Below are positions 28,982 to 42,883 of a stretch of 64,000 nt of DNA, one piece after another. A model generated the notes under the pieces. It saw only the letters and a list, made by a program, of their open reading frames with translations. It ran no database searches and was not told the DNA's origin. Location: positions 171,306,001 to 171,370,000 of the forward strand of contig OZ024741.1 of assembly GCA_964016885.1 (NCBI GenBank), in the 5' to 3' direction. Made by a program: the position numbers and the translations under genes. The DNA is from Eledone cirrhosa (lineage: Eukaryota). Position 1 is the first letter of the stretch. Each line of letters opens with the position of its first letter.

Positions 28982-29020
28982 TTGCGAGGTTTTTTATATG
29001 AAATCGTGTGTCGAAACAGA

Positions 29021-29372
29021 TATTGTTATACTTGGGGAGGGTCATATTTGCGTAATATTGCCAGAATTAATAACAGAACACATTCACTGTTTGGTTGGTT
29101 TTCGCTTCTCGCTGTCTTTTATTATATCTGCGATCTAACTTACTCGGTCCTCAATGTTGCCATTATATATATATATATATGTGTTTGTGTCTATATTGTA
29201 TCTGTATTATTTTTGACCGCCGGTCAGTCAATGGCAACATTGAGGACCGAGTAAGTTAGATCGCAGATATAATAAAAGACAGCAAGAAGCGAAAACCAAC
29301 CAAACAGTGAGTGTGTTCTGTTATTAATTCTGGCAATATTACGCAAATATGACCCTCCCCAAGTATAACAAT
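29021..29372. mobile_element. Family H inverted pair
   Basis: 29021-29163 is reverse-complemented at ~29230-29372. Confidence 0.85.
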
Positions 29373-29379
29373 ATATATA

Positions 29380-29425
<46 letters not shown>

Positions 29426-29557
29426 GTAATCTGAGTTTTTCGAATAGCAATAATAACATTCGATTCGTTTGCAATTATGCAAATAAGCCTAATTTTTAAC
29501 GCCATGTTAGTAGAATGAACACTTCATTATTGCTCTTGTGTTGGCATGTAAACAGAA

Positions 29558-29601
29558 CTGCAGATACTAATGTTTCTGGGTATCACCCTTCATCAGTACA
29601 G
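29558..29601 (-). ncRNA. Type I hammerhead ribozyme, family I
   Basis: Minus strand: ctgta CTGATGA aggg tgata ccca GAAA cattagta TC tgcag. Confidence 0.78.
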
Positions 29602-30071
29602 CTCACTGTTCACCTGCCAAACTGTCAGAGCTAATGAAAATATATGCTATTTTCAAAAATACACAGTGACTGATCGGCCTGATTTGCATATTAGCAGACT
29701 GGCTGATCAGTCCGATCTGCATATTAGTAGATCCACTGATCAGCCAGATTTGCATATCAGCAGACTGGCAAGTCAGTTTCCTGTATACGAGCGATTAATG
29801 GGTGGCTTTGCCACATTCAAATGTAAAAAAAATTTTTTTTTCGCTCTACATGGCTGAATACAATAAATGTAATCTTAGTTTTTCTAATATTAATAATAAC
29901 ATTCGATTCGTTTGCAATTATGCAATCAAGCCTCATTTTTAAAGCCATGTCAGTAGAATGAACCCTTCATTCTTACTCATGAGGCTTGTATATTTTCTGT
30001 ATATTCACTGTATATTTTCGAAAATAGCATATATTTTCACTAGCTCTGACAGTTGGCAGGTGAACAGTAAG

Positions 30072-30115
30072 CTGTACTGATGAAGGGTGATACCCAGAAA
30101 CATTAGTGCCTGCAG
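30072..30115 (+). ncRNA. Hammerhead, family I, cleavage-site U mutated
   Basis: ctgta CTGATGA agggtgataccca GAAA cattagtg CC tgcag; consensus of the two copies restores GTC. Confidence 0.65.
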
Positions 30116-30280
30116 TTCTGTTTACATGTCAACACAAGAGCAAGAATGAAGGGTTCATTCTACTGACACGGCGTTAACAATGAGGCTTGTTTGCATAATT
30201 GCAAACTAATCGAATGCTATTATTAATATTCGAAAATCTCAGATTACATTTATTGTATTCAGCCATGTAGAGCGAAAAAG

Positions 30281-30359
<79 letters not shown>

Positions 30360-31700
30360 TAGTGTCCAGTGAGTTCCTCCACAGATTAGCTGGAGATGCA
30401 AGTTGATGTCGACACATCTTCAGGACACTAGCAGGGAACCTATTGGGGCCTACTATTGAGTTGCAATTAATTTCGTTTATTGCCGCTAAGACATCAGGGG
30501 CATCGAACATTATTTCAAATGTAGTCTGTTGGGGATTAACATTACTGATACAGTCCAGATCAGCCATATTAGGATTGATGAAAACAGAGCAGTATTGTTT
30601 CTACAGTATCTCATCCATGGTTTTAGCACTGAGTGAAGATGTTATGAATGGCCCATTCTTCTTCGGCTGTTCTTTGGCTATTGATGATGGTCTTCATGCA
30701 TTGTTGGAGATTATATATTTTCTATTCGAGCAGTGCAATAGCAGTCGAATGTGTATGTTGCTGTTGCCGGTATTTTAGTTAACTGATTTTTGTTTGTTTG
30801 TTCCTTTTATTTTTCTGATAATATATTTTCTGTTTGAGCGATTCTGCATTTGATGGGGTATGTTTTGCACGTATTTTTGTAGCATTGTCAAAATTCATCT
30901 GCCAATATGTTTTGATGTTGCGGGAGATGTGTACATGCATGTAATACCACTCAACATGCAATAGATCATAATTGATTGCATCCCAGATGGCATTATGAAG
31001 ATCCATAATATCAAATAGGTGGGCTGGAGAAAGATCATTGAGTTTAGCTTTCGGCTTGTGGAATCTCATGTTATACAGAACCATGTCCTGGCCCGAGAGA
31101 AGTGTTTTTCCACTGTAATATTGTCTATATTGTTTGTGTGATTACTAAACACTAGGTCCAAAATTCTTTTCCTGATATCTTGTTGGTGAAAGGACAAGTT
31201 GGAAAAGGAAAAACTCGTCTATGAAGTCGAAGAGTGAGTCTAATGCTGCTTTATCAGAGTTGAGGTGGAAATACTTGATTTCAAGCTGTCTGTCGACCAA
31301 TCAACACAGAGGAGGCTGAAGTTACCCGTCATTAATAATGATGGCTCTATTAGATATAAGGCTTTATGCTGTTGAGGCATTCCTTGAAGCACAATGGAGG
31401 TGTTTGTGGTGGCCTATAGAGTTCAACTACTGTTAAGTATTTGGCTTTATTGTAAACAGAAATTGATTCAGAGTAGCCGTTGGAAAATGTGTCGTGTGTG
31501 TCTACCTTAAAAGAATCATAGAATAAAATGGCAGTTCCGCCCTCTCTTTTGCCGACATGATCTGCGCGCATGGTTGTAAAACACCTCCCAGTCACTTCAG
31601 CCTCCAGGTGGGGGTTGTTGAGATGGGTCTCTCTTAAGATGAAAGAAATGATGTTGTGTGGATGGACATTAATGCAATCCACAATGAATTAGATCTTCTA
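30360..31700 (-). pseudogene. CR1/L2-group LINE ORF2 remnant (APE endonuclease and pre-RT region)
   Basis: ILRETHL, RADHVGKREGGTAI, ELYRPP, and [21 protein letters not shown]. Confidence 0.85.
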
Positions 31701-32844
31701 TTTTATGCATTGATGGAAACTGATGTCTTGTGCGTTACGCGAAAACGTTCCGGCTAGAGTAGTGTCTGGTTTTGACTGTTTTGTGGGCCATGTGGATCTG
31801 TTGGTTAAGGACAGCAATGGCAGTTTGTGTACTCAGGTAGCAACAGAGGTCAGTGTTACCTATTGGCCAGAAAGTTCTTCTGTATCTCTTTGACCAGATT
31901 TATCATGCATAAATATGTTTTTTTTTTCTGTTTAGGGAAAAGCTGGTGACTGGAATTGTTGTGGCTGCACTATTTGATAAAATTACGTTTGTTGGCGTGC
32001 TTGCGGCTGTTTGCTGTGTTTGGAGAAAAGTCTGGGCCAGTACTATTGCAGCAGAGGTGGGGGGATACTGTAGAATTGGTGATGGATAGGTTTCCCATTT
32101 TTATTTTTGTTGGTGAGTCGAGTCACCTGGAGATGATTAAAGGGATAATCTTGCTGCAGACATAATTTCTCGCGTTAGGAATAGATTTAAGGATTTCTTG
32201 TTATGAGCATGGGTACTGTTAAATGTGGTTTAGATTTAGAAATTGGTGGTGGTAATGGTGGTGGCAATGTTTTTGTGGGATGTACTTTGGTGTTGGCTGC
32301 GTCTTGCCCAGGTACATGTGTAAATTAGCAGTCACTGTTGCGTATTGCATAGCAGAATATTTTTAGATTGCGTTTGTATGATGTGCAGATGCCAATTTGT
32401 GTGTGTTTTGTAATTTTTTCCCGGGGCTGTGAAGTATGTTTTTGGTTTGAGATGGAAGAAGGGCAGGGGGAGAGGACAGCTTCATCACTAATCGGGGATG
32501 TAGTAATAGTATTAGATGTTGACAGTAATGATGTTTTGTCTCTTCAGGTAGTTTGAGAAAGTAACAAATTGAAAAAGCTGAAATGTAAAGGCTATACCTC
32601 AACGTGCTTCAATTTGCTCAGAATCTGTTTCTCTGAATGTTTCTTTTTATATATTTATGAGGATTTTGTTGCAATGTGCTTCAGACAAGAAGTATTTTCT
32701 GTTTGAGAAATACAAAACTATGTATTTATTAGAATGTTGATTTCATTCTCTGAACAATTTTTTTTTCATCATTTAAGAGACGTGTTGTCTAGTCATCCTG
32801 ATGTATCTTTTCTTTTTTTCTGTTCTTTACTGCTTTTGTTGTTG

Positions 32845-32927
<83 letters not shown>

Positions 32928-33060
32928 TCTCGCTCTGGTGTGAGTGTGTGGGTTTCTGATTCTATGCAGATATTCAGGAACAATGTTTGTGCAGAAATTT
33001 ATGTTTCAAAAATGAGGAAATTGTACTTACAGCCTAATGAGTTAGAAATGATACTTTCCT

Positions 33061-33138
<78 letters not shown>

Positions 33139-33378
33139 CAAATAGAGAAAATGTTTTAAAATAAATTTTAAACCATTCGCAGTACTTACTATATGTGCCG
33201 TTTGGACTGCTGCTATTTCTAGTGGCAGGACATTGACCTGTCCACCCTGCCTTTTGTCTTTGCACATGGCACCAGACAGAATTATTTCTTTCATCATTCG
33301 CTCTCATTTCGGAATGGTATTGTATGGCGTCAGTTTGTGATTTGAACTCGGGAATTTTATATTCTTCGAGGGAGAAGA

Positions 33379-33460
33379 GCCCTCTGAAGATTGCTCCCTT
33401 CTAAAAGGAAATCCGCTTGGATTTTCCGTTTATTCTGGAGCATGAAAACGTGGTAAAGGC
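33379..33460 (+). ncRNA. Type I hammerhead with extended stem II, family J
   Basis: gccct CTGAAGA ttgctcc..ggaaatcc gctt ggattttcc..ggagcat GAAA acgtgg TA aaggc; lies in element ~33137-33650 with an inverted left arm. Confidence 0.72.
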
Positions 33461-33791
33461 ACATATAGTAAGTACTGCGAATTTTTTAAAATTTATTTTA
33501 AAACATTTTCTCTATTTGCTAGACCTTGATTTTATATGTTCTGGTTTGTTAATTTATTAACACGCCATAGAACCACATTGGCATACGGTTGGATAACACT
33601 TGTTTCCAAATATGTATTTTTTACATGTAGGAATTCATACTTTATTATTATTATATATATATATATTTAGAAACACACAGATACATGCGGACACACACAT
33701 ATACTAACTACGTAGTCGAGGAATCTAGGAGCAGTTTAGGTATGATACATTTTATTACTAATTATGTCTAAATGTTTCTTCTCTCTTCATA

Positions 33792-33832
<41 letters not shown>

Positions 33833-34500
33833 TTAGTTAAGCACAACAAGACCACAAATTTCACAAGGAAGACATTATTAAAAGATTGTCAACATATTTT
33901 AGTTTGATGTAAGGAATGTAGAGAATAATAATAATAATATTAATAAGAATAATGTCCATTTACAATTGTTTGGACGAAGAAAATCTTGTGATCTCTGTAT
34001 TACGGAAGCATATTACATAACTCTATAACGACCTCTACCGATTAACGATAGAACGGAGGTAACTATTAGCTGTCAACATCGAAGAGCTAATTCCTTCGCC
34101 AATAGAATTTTTGACCCAACTTAGTCATGTAGCTCCATTTTTACTTGTAGCTAATAAGTTAAATTGCTATGAACAACTCGATAATTATAAGTTACCTCCC
34201 CTACATTGTCTCTCAATTAAAAAAATTTTTAAATTAGCACTTAACTATAAACACCCACAATTTCTAATCTCTCGAGAAGTTACTTCCCCTGAAACCACCC
34301 GCTAATTAGTAAGGTAAATATGCCCTTTGGCAGTCATATTGTTACCCATAGACAGATCTTACACAATGCAGCCTCGACAGATGAATACTGCTTGATTATG
34401 GCTGACAACTGATGCAACCAAGACACCATAGTAAAAACCAATATATGGAACATTATGTTATGTAACATTATGTCATTATTTTAATCTATATTCCTTTGAA

Positions 34501-34620
34501 GTTCCGATGAGCCGCTCTGTCTTTTAAATATGTTAATTATTTTCAACTGAACCAGATCAATTATGATATATAGTCATCTGATCCAGAAATATAATATGGA
34601 GTAGCGAAACAATTGTAAAC
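34501..34620 (+). ncRNA. Hammerhead with ~95-nt stem II region, family K (core CCGATGA)
   Basis: gtt CCGATGA gccgctct...ggagtagc GAAA caattg TA aac; inverted arm at 33828-33970. Confidence 0.65.
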
Positions 34621-34927
34621 GGACATTCTTATTATTAATATTATTATTATTATTCTCTACATTCCTTACATCAAACTAAAATATGTTGACAATCTTTTAA
34701 TAATGTCTTCCTTGTGAAGTTTGTGGTCTTGTTTTGCTTAACTAATGAATATTTCCAGCTCTGCGCACCTAACTTCTGCATGAACCCAGCCACCTAGCTG
34801 CTTTCTACTACATATTGCACATTGAGCACATGCCTTTACGCTTTGGCTTCTAACTAATTCACCAATCTCTCTTCTCATATTTCCTCTCCTATCTCCATCT
34901 CTCTCTTTAAGATTGGTTACTCTTGAA

Positions 34928-34982
<55 letters not shown>

Positions 34983-35055
34983 GTATCTAAACATATCTTT
35001 CCCAATTTTCTGAAGAAACATTATACATTAATTTGTCCTCACATATATTCATTTG

Positions 35056-35148
<93 letters not shown>

Positions 35149-36307
35149 GAAATAGCTTCTACAGGACCATTATTCCGATGCTCTAACGATTATGCTAATC
35201 CTAATATATATATATACACACCCACGCATAAACAATGTGCCCACACGCTGCTAACAACTGCAGCAATTACAAGCATTGCGCTTTAATGTGGACTCAGCAT
35301 TGTCGAATGTTTAAGAAGTTTGCTTCACAAACATTACGTCCCAATTTCTATCCCACTGGCATCTTATTTAACATAGCCTCGCAAAATCCCATGCGATGTG
35401 AGTGAAATTGTTTCGTAGCCTGTCGGATGTATTCGTTCTGTAATTCAAATAGCTTTCCCTGTCACCCACTGTGTCACGCTAAATCTCCCTGCGAATTCCA
35501 AGGATAGAGGTCTCTATGGAATACTCGACCATTTCTCCGTTAATTTTATAAACAAACTATTCCAATGGAGATCCATCCTGTATCTTCCTTTAAGTAGATA
35601 AACTACAAATTCAATTATATTGTTAGGAGTTCGTATCGTTCTCCCTCCGTGAAAGGAACATGCCTTTTGATTTCAATCGATTCGGTACACAACACCTTCT
35701 TAGAATAGAGGTTATGGAATATCAAAGAGTCGATTAAAAAAATATCTTTTTCGAAAATTGCCATCAATTTGAATCTCATCGAAGGTGCTGTTTTAAGTCA
35801 TGTCCTTTCTTATTACTGATTCATAGCCCATAACTCGTTAATTAAGTTGGAAAGGGGGATCACCATTTTGTAGAGAATAAACCTCACTATATCAAAATAA
35901 ATAAACCGCAAAACGAACTATGTCAGTGCATGTGCATATTAATTTGTATCTCAAAAATGTACGCTTTCTTTTTTCATATGTTTGTATACATTGATATATA
36001 TATGACAAAACTCACACATTGACGCGCTTGCGGAAGACTGTATTTCTGCTAGTTATAAAAGTGAAACAAAATATATATACTTTAGTTGTATTTTCCTCCA
36101 AAATGAGTTACCTAATCAATTTTACATTAATCCTCTCTATCATTTACACATTTTACTTCGTATCAAATATCAATATTAATCTCATTAATATTTGAATATG
36201 TAAATATTTTAATACAATCACAATGACATTACTTCTCTTTTATATCTTCTCTATAATTGTTTCTACTGTAAAATAAATTTTGATTTAATATTTTATTAAT
36301 ACCATTA

Positions 36308-36572
36308 TAATTGTTTCTACTATTGACACAAGGCCAGAAATTACCCAGTACATTACTGGTACTTCATTATAATGGTTTCTGATTTAAGCACAAGGCCAAC
36401 AATTTTGGTGAAGTTGAATAACTCGAACCAGTCCGTTTCAGTTACTTTATTCTATCGAATTCATAAGTATGAAAGACAAAGCTAACCTCGGCAGGATTTG
36501 AACTCAGAACGTAAAAGCACGTAACTATGACTGAAAAGCATGTAGTCTGACGCGCTACCGATACTGCCAATC
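36308..36572 (-). mobile_element. SINE family 1 with an extra tail piece
   Basis: CCTCGGCAGGATTTGAACTCAGAACG..CTACCGATACTGCCAATC. Confidence 0.8.
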
Positions 36573-36816
36573 ATATTACTTCAATTATAATATCATTTCT
36601 TCACTTTAAAGTTTCGTATTATATGTTACCATATAAATAAGAGTACATACGTCTATGTCCTATGTGTTTTATATTATATTTTAGTAGAAAAATAGTCATG
36701 CTCGAAACTATTCTAAAAATGTAGGAAAGTAAACACGGACCTGTTATTTTTATCTAAAGACATTTTTTCCAATTCCAACCCACCCGTCCCTTCAATCTAT
36801 CTTATTTCTCATTCTT

Positions 36817-36853
36817 TCTTCTGACGAAGGATTAGCGTCCGAAACGTTATGAC
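36817..36853 (+). ncRNA. Minimal hammerhead, stem I decayed
   Basis: CTGACGA agga ttagcg tcc GAAA cgt TA. Confidence 0.5.
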
Positions 36854-36995
36854 CCTCTTCCTGCTATTTCAAGCGTTAACCTAATATATTCCTTCCATAT
36901 ACTGTACCGATGATGTTGTTATATCTGCTTACCCTTTACACACACACACAAACACACACACACTCACACGCACACACTCACACTCACACACACAC

Positions 36996-37056
<61 letters not shown>

Positions 37057-37060
<4 letters not shown>

Positions 37061-37279
37061 TAAGGACCATTGCGAGTTTTCATTTGAATGCTTAATTTAT
37101 TTTATTGCCCCATATTATTTTATTTTACCATCTGTAATCATGTGGAAGTCAATGTCCCTTCCAGTTTGACGGCTGACGAGCGAAGGAGAGTTACGTCTGT
37201 TCACTGTCGCCTTTTGTTCGCGTCACTCTTCTATCATGCAGAACATTTGACAATATTTATTTACAGCTTTTTGTTCCAA

Positions 37280-37362
<83 letters not shown>

Positions 37363-37650
37363 CGCGCACAGTTTTTTGTTCCAACTAATATATATATATA
37401 TATATATATATATTAGTTGGAACAAAAAGCTGTGCGCGTTACCGTAAATAAATATTGTCAAATGTTCTGCATGATAGAAGAGTGACGCGAACAAAAGGCG
37501 ACAGTGAACAGACGTAACTCTTCTTCGCTCGTCAGCCGTCAAACTGGAAGGGACATTGACTTCCACATGATTACAGATGGTAAAATAAAATAATATGAGG
37601 CAATAAAATAAATTAAGCATTCAAATGAAAACTCGCAATGGCCCTTACGC
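37057..37650. repeat. Inverted ~230-bp repeat around TA tracts, possibly a mariner-like end
   Basis: 37057-37285 is the reverse complement of 37412-37650; TATTAGTTGGAACAAAAA occurs three times. Confidence 0.75.
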
Positions 37651-37866
37651 ACATGACAGGAATAGGTGCAACGATTGCTGGGTAGTAGCGCTAGAAAGAA
37701 ATACTGAAGATTGTCTTCTGAAAACGCGTGCACACGAAGGACAAACGTACGGAGTATGCTGCCCAAGTGCCGTTCGAGAAAGATGTGGGCGGAAGTTGAA
37801 GGAGATGTCGAACTGAGAATTCTGGGATAGATAAAGAAAGTTTTGTTTTATTGTGTTGCCTTATCG

Positions 37867-38154
37867 CAGTCATGTGCAACCTGCGGCCGGCGAAGCTTTC
37901 TGAATGGCTCGCCTAAGCCAACTAAGTGAAATTTTTCTTATTTTTTTACTCAACTTTTCCGTCGTAATTTATCTTTGTATCATTTTTGCGATCGAGGAAA
38001 ACAACGTGTACGAATTCTGAAGAAACAAATCAAAACAACCTGAGTTATCACCCTTTTTTTATGTGGGCACGAATGTAAATTAGCGCTTGCGACCCGCCTG
38101 ATGATGAGCCATATCTCATGCGGCCCGCTTCTCGAAAAAGGTTGCCCATGCCTG
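37867..38154. mobile_element. hAT-type MITE
   Basis: TIRs CAGTCATGTGCAACCT / AGGTTGCCCATGCCTG; 8-bp TSD CCTTATCG vs CCTAATCG (7/8). Confidence 0.82.
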
Positions 38155-38869
38155 CCTAATCGTATTTTTTTTTTTATTCTCTCATCTATATACAAGTTAA
38201 ATCACATAGTATCCATTCCAGTTTCACGGCTGACGAACAAAGATGATGTAATGTTTGTTCCTTGTTTTACTTGTTCGCTTCACCGTTCTATTGCGTAGAA
38301 ATATTTATTTACGGTTACGTACACATGACTCCACTTATACAGCCGTTATTTACAGGTATAGGAAACATATTTTCAAATATATATACATACAAATATTCGC
38401 TGAAGAAAACATAAGATCGAAATATGTCCATCATTTTTACTTAAAGACAAGGTTTAATTAAAGACAAGTTAACTTAAAGACAAGGTTCACACTAAAATCC
38501 TGAAAAGGAAATTGGATTGCTTGAAAAGGCGAAGATTGAATAATATTTTTGTCATTCGCTATATTTAGAAATATTCAAAATGCAAAACTCAACAAGTATG
38601 TATGTATATAGGTATGTTCTTCTGGTTTTATAATTTCACAAATGTTTACCAATAGAAAGAGAGTCGGTTTCTAACATAGACACAAGACTCTCTCATTAGA
38701 ATTTACGCAACATCAACTAGGTAGATCATGTAGGCATGCCTGCATGCATGCATGTGTAGGTATGGATGTTATTGTATGTGTGGATGTCTATGTTTTGAGC
38801 TGTATGTGCTTTGTATGTATGTATGTATGTATGTATGTATGTATGTATGTATTTATGTATATTTAACAT

Positions 38870-39985
38870 CAGGCGCTTTGCTGCAAAGACAAAAGTATTT
38901 ACATCAATCATAAGAGACCTCTTGTATGCAGATGATTGCGATATTGTAGCGCACACAGAGTGATATGCAGCACATTTTGAATGCATTTTCTGACGCTTGC
39001 ACTGCCCTAGGATTGACTGTCAGTCTCAAGACAACCGTCGTCATGTACCACCCTGCCCCTTGTAAGCAGTACAGTGAACCAAATATCTATGTGTATGGCA
39101 AACAATTTGGAGTGGTTGACCAGTTTGTCTACCTGGGAAGCACTGTCAATCGATACGGCAACCTTGGCAGTGAAATCTCACTTAGGATTAGGAAAGCAAG
39201 TGATGCTTTCGGAAAGCTAGAAAGGCGGCTCTGGGGTCGGCGAGACATATGTAAGAAGACAAAGGTAAAGGTGTACAAGGCATGTGTGCTCTCTTCTCTT
39301 CTTTATGCTTGCGAGACCTGGGTCACATATCGACACCACCTTAAGCAATTGGAGCGTTTCCATCAGACGTGTCTCAGACGGATCCATGGCGTTTACTGGA
39401 GGGACCACATTAGTGATATCGAGATTTTGAAAAGCTCTATGTGTGACAGTATAGAAGCTCTTGTGCTTAAGCAACGACTCCGTTGGAGTGGTCACCTTGC
39501 CAGGATAAAAGATTCTAGAATACCAAAACAACTCTTTTATGGAGAGTTAGAAAGACTGTATATGAGGGAAAAGTTGCCTTTGAGGCATCTCGAATCACAT
39601 ACGAGAAAGTAAAGCGGGATATGAGGAAGGGCATTGCTGTTGCACTTCCAGACGGAGACGGTGCTCCTATGGTGCTGACATGCAGCGTCTGTGCGAGACT
39701 CTGCCTAAGCAAAGCTGGACTCGAAAGTCATCTTCGCAGTCATAAAGTAAGACCAGTAGTTGACTACTAGGCTGCTGTTGGAGATGCTACTCATCATGCT
39801 TGCCAAGCATGTGGTAGAAAATGTAAATAAGCAGGAGGGCTCAAACGACATGCAAAAGTACATGAAATCCAACCACAGCCGGCTATTCCCAGTGAATGTT
39901 TTGGTTGCCAACTCTGTGCAAGACATTTTAGATCATTGGCTGGGCTAAAAAGCCACATTCGATCGCAGCGCTGTTAGTTGCTATC
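38870..39985 (+). pseudogene. RTE (BovB-like) LINE RT C-terminus with decayed C2H2 fingers
   Basis: DLLYADD, FVYLGS, SLLYACETW, RLRWSGHL, RIPKQLFYGEL; downstream CxxC..LESH and GLKSH repeats; probable 3' end near 40160-40200. Confidence 0.93.
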
Positions 39986-40017
39986 GTGTGTGTGTATAGA
40001 TGTGTTTATGTGCGTGC

Positions 40018-40064
<47 letters not shown>

Positions 40065-40299
40065 AATTATTATTGTTGTTGTTGTCGTTATTATTATTGT
40101 TGTTATTATTATTATTATTGTTATTAATATATGTATATATATATTTTTTTTTTCTCGTGCAATGGCCATACTCGATAACGAGGGGGCAACCATCATGTAT
40201 GAATGTATGTATGAATGTATGTATGAATGTATGTATGTGTGTATGTATGTATGTATGTATGTATGTATGTATGTATGTATGTATGTATGTATGTTTGAA

Positions 40300-40800
40300 T
40301 GTTTTCTCTTTCTCTTAATTTCGCGTATATTTTTTTGGCCGGCCACCTTCCTGGTGGAAAGGTTGTAAAAGAAAAGAAATTGTCATCCCTTAAATCGCAA
40401 GAATGTTTTGCAAATTTTGAAGGTTCCAGCTATCGCAGCCATCTGCAGACTATGAATTAGGGAGCTGCGCTTTTTGTCCGCAAATCCAAGTTCAGTCATA
40501 CTTTGGTCTAAGCGGGTTGGTATATAACCCGTAGCACCAATAATGATGGGTATGAAGCTAAAGGTGTATCTTGGATACTGGATTTGTATTTAAATGCTTT
40601 GGAGAAAAGTCTAATTCTGGGTGTTTGGAGTTCCATAAAGTTTTTAGCCTTTGCATAAAACCGAACTTTTGGGGTTCAGATTGTTTGTATGCTTCATATA
40701 ATACTGTTAAGCTCGTAGCTCCACTGTGTACAACGGTTGTAGTTGCGATTTGGTCGAAAGAGACTTGTACTTTTTGCCATGATGAGTTCGTCTATTCACT
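40300..40800 (-). mobile_element. Internally deleted R4/Dong-like RLE LINE
   Basis: N-terminal WSYELN..YKQSEPQKFGFMQRLKTLWNSKHP joined at ~40570 to C-terminal FIPIIIGATGYIP..MAAIAGTFKICKTFL*. Confidence 0.7.
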
Positions 40801-40964
40801 AATATTTCGTATTTATTTTTCAAAATAGTCGATGATCTTCTTTAAAAGTTACGACAGAGTTCTGTCAGAATCAAATTTAAAGTTATTCACAGCTTGGGTA
40901 ATATTTCTTTTCAGTTAGTTTTTAATTTTACAACTGTGTTTTAAACGTTGTTCTTGAATCGTTT

Positions 40965-41285
40965 GAATCGAGAACAAAAAGAACCGTTACTTAGTATATT
41001 CCTTTATGAATGTAATATAATATAACAACGCGGTATTTATATGTTAAAGTTTACGTATCATTCATATAAATAGGTGTTCTACAACCTATTCACAACATAT
41101 TCACAGTTCAAACACTTATATTTTCGTTTCTGAATCGAAAACGTTACTTGTATATTTCTTTATAAATGTAATATAACAACGTTGCATTTATATGTTAAAG
41201 TGTATGTATCGTTCATATATCATAAGTGTATGTATCGTTCATATAAATAGGTGTTTTACAACACACTTACAGTTCAAACACTTAT
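40965..41285. repeat. Diverged ~165-bp tandem duplication
   Basis: GAATCGA..TATATGTTAAAGT..CAGTTCAAACACTTA occurs twice. Confidence 0.75.
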
Positions 41286-41469
41286 GTAGAATTATTGTAT
41301 GTAATCTTACCGCGTAATGTAGCTCAACTTTTTCCAATATATGGTATGTTGCCTTCATGTAAGCCGTAATTACACACGTCCGATTATCGGACACTGACCA
41401 CAACGGTCGCCATTGAATGTATGTATGAATGTATGTATGTGTGTATGTATGTATCTATATATGTATGTC

Positions 41470-42080
41470 AGGTCACCACTTGGTGCTACTGGTAACATGT
41501 ATCCCAGTACAACCTGTCTCATGGTCGGGTCGTTGGTGACTAAACTGGCAACCCCACCAAGGTTTCTTGGTGAGGAGGGTGACTTTGGACATCCTGCAGG
41601 ACTAAAAACAAAACCTGTCAAAGGGCAAAGGAGCTCTTAAGAGTCAATGGCCATCCAAAATCACCGGGAGAGATGACCCCTTAGCCTCTGTCAAGGCAGA
41701 ATTCTAGGAGAAGGAAAACTCTGATATAACACCTGCAACCCTGATAGTATCCAATGATGTTGACTTGTTCTTCTTTTTGATAAATATCATCTTGGTTAAG
41801 AGAGTGGGACTGGCTTTGTGCAGTGCCTTTGCTCACTATAAAGGCTTCACAGCACAGGCATTGCTTTATATCTGGAGATCTCTCTGCACTTGTCATCACA
41901 TGGTACCATGGGCCCAGCACTATGTGTCAATATTTGTCACAAGTGTAGTGTTTGTACCAGAGTTTTCAAGTCGCTGGCTGGACTAAAAAGTCGCACTCGT
42001 TCAGCGCATCAGTAGGGGTTCTCCTACATTGATATAAAGTAGTGGCCGTACTCGAAAACGAGTTGGCAGCCACCATATAT
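41470..42080 (+). mobile_element. Internally deleted RTE derivative
   Basis: 3' CSVCTRVFKSLAGLKS finger; terminus TGGCCGTACTCGAAAACGAG..CACCAT resembles 40162-40195. Confidence 0.6.
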
Positions 42081-42402
42081 GTATGTATGTGTGCGTGTGT
42101 GTGTATGACAACGATAGCGGAGATATTTGAGAAGAGCCTGTAAAGATTGAAGTATGGTCAATTCTATAAGATACACGGGGGACTTAAAATGCAGAAGATC
42201 ACTGAAGATGTACTTTCAGTGATAAATAGAACATTGCTAATTGGCAAATTTCAATCTCTGGTGCATATAGTTTGCACTGTAACCAAGCATGCAGTAACCA
42301 GTATTGTTGTATGACGTTGAATCAAAACCATTTAGCAGAAATACACTAATTACATCCACATGTGAATAAGATTGCCACGAACGTTTCCATGTGCGTCTCT
42401 GT

Positions 42403-42578
<176 letters not shown>

Positions 42579-42840
42579 AAAAGAATGAAATGAAATGAAA
42601 TTTCTCATTCTTAGTACGGCTGATATCTAAATATAAGTATGTATACGTACATACATATATGTGTACAGGCGTACAGTAGTATGTATATATATATACATAC
42701 ATGCACACATATATATATGTACGTATGGGTTTACCGAACATTTATTATAATGTTCGGTTTGTTTGTAAACAAACAGCCCGAATTACGCCGTACAGTATTC
42801 GGCAACGATCGTCGCCCTTTTATTCAACACTGACACAGGA

Positions 42841-42883
42841 ACGATGTACTAGTTTCAAGCTTATTAGCTATCGTCAGCAACGT
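42841..42883 (-). ncRNA. Type I hammerhead ribozyme, family F
   Basis: Minus strand: acgttg CTGACGA tagct aata agctt GAAA ctag TA catcgt. Confidence 0.82.

Larger units (their letters stand above)
29421..30280. mobile_element. Family I: tandem (~443-bp period) plus inverted arm
   Basis: TAAATGTAATCT at 29421 and 29864; ~30010-30280 is the reverse complement; TA flanks. Confidence 0.82.
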
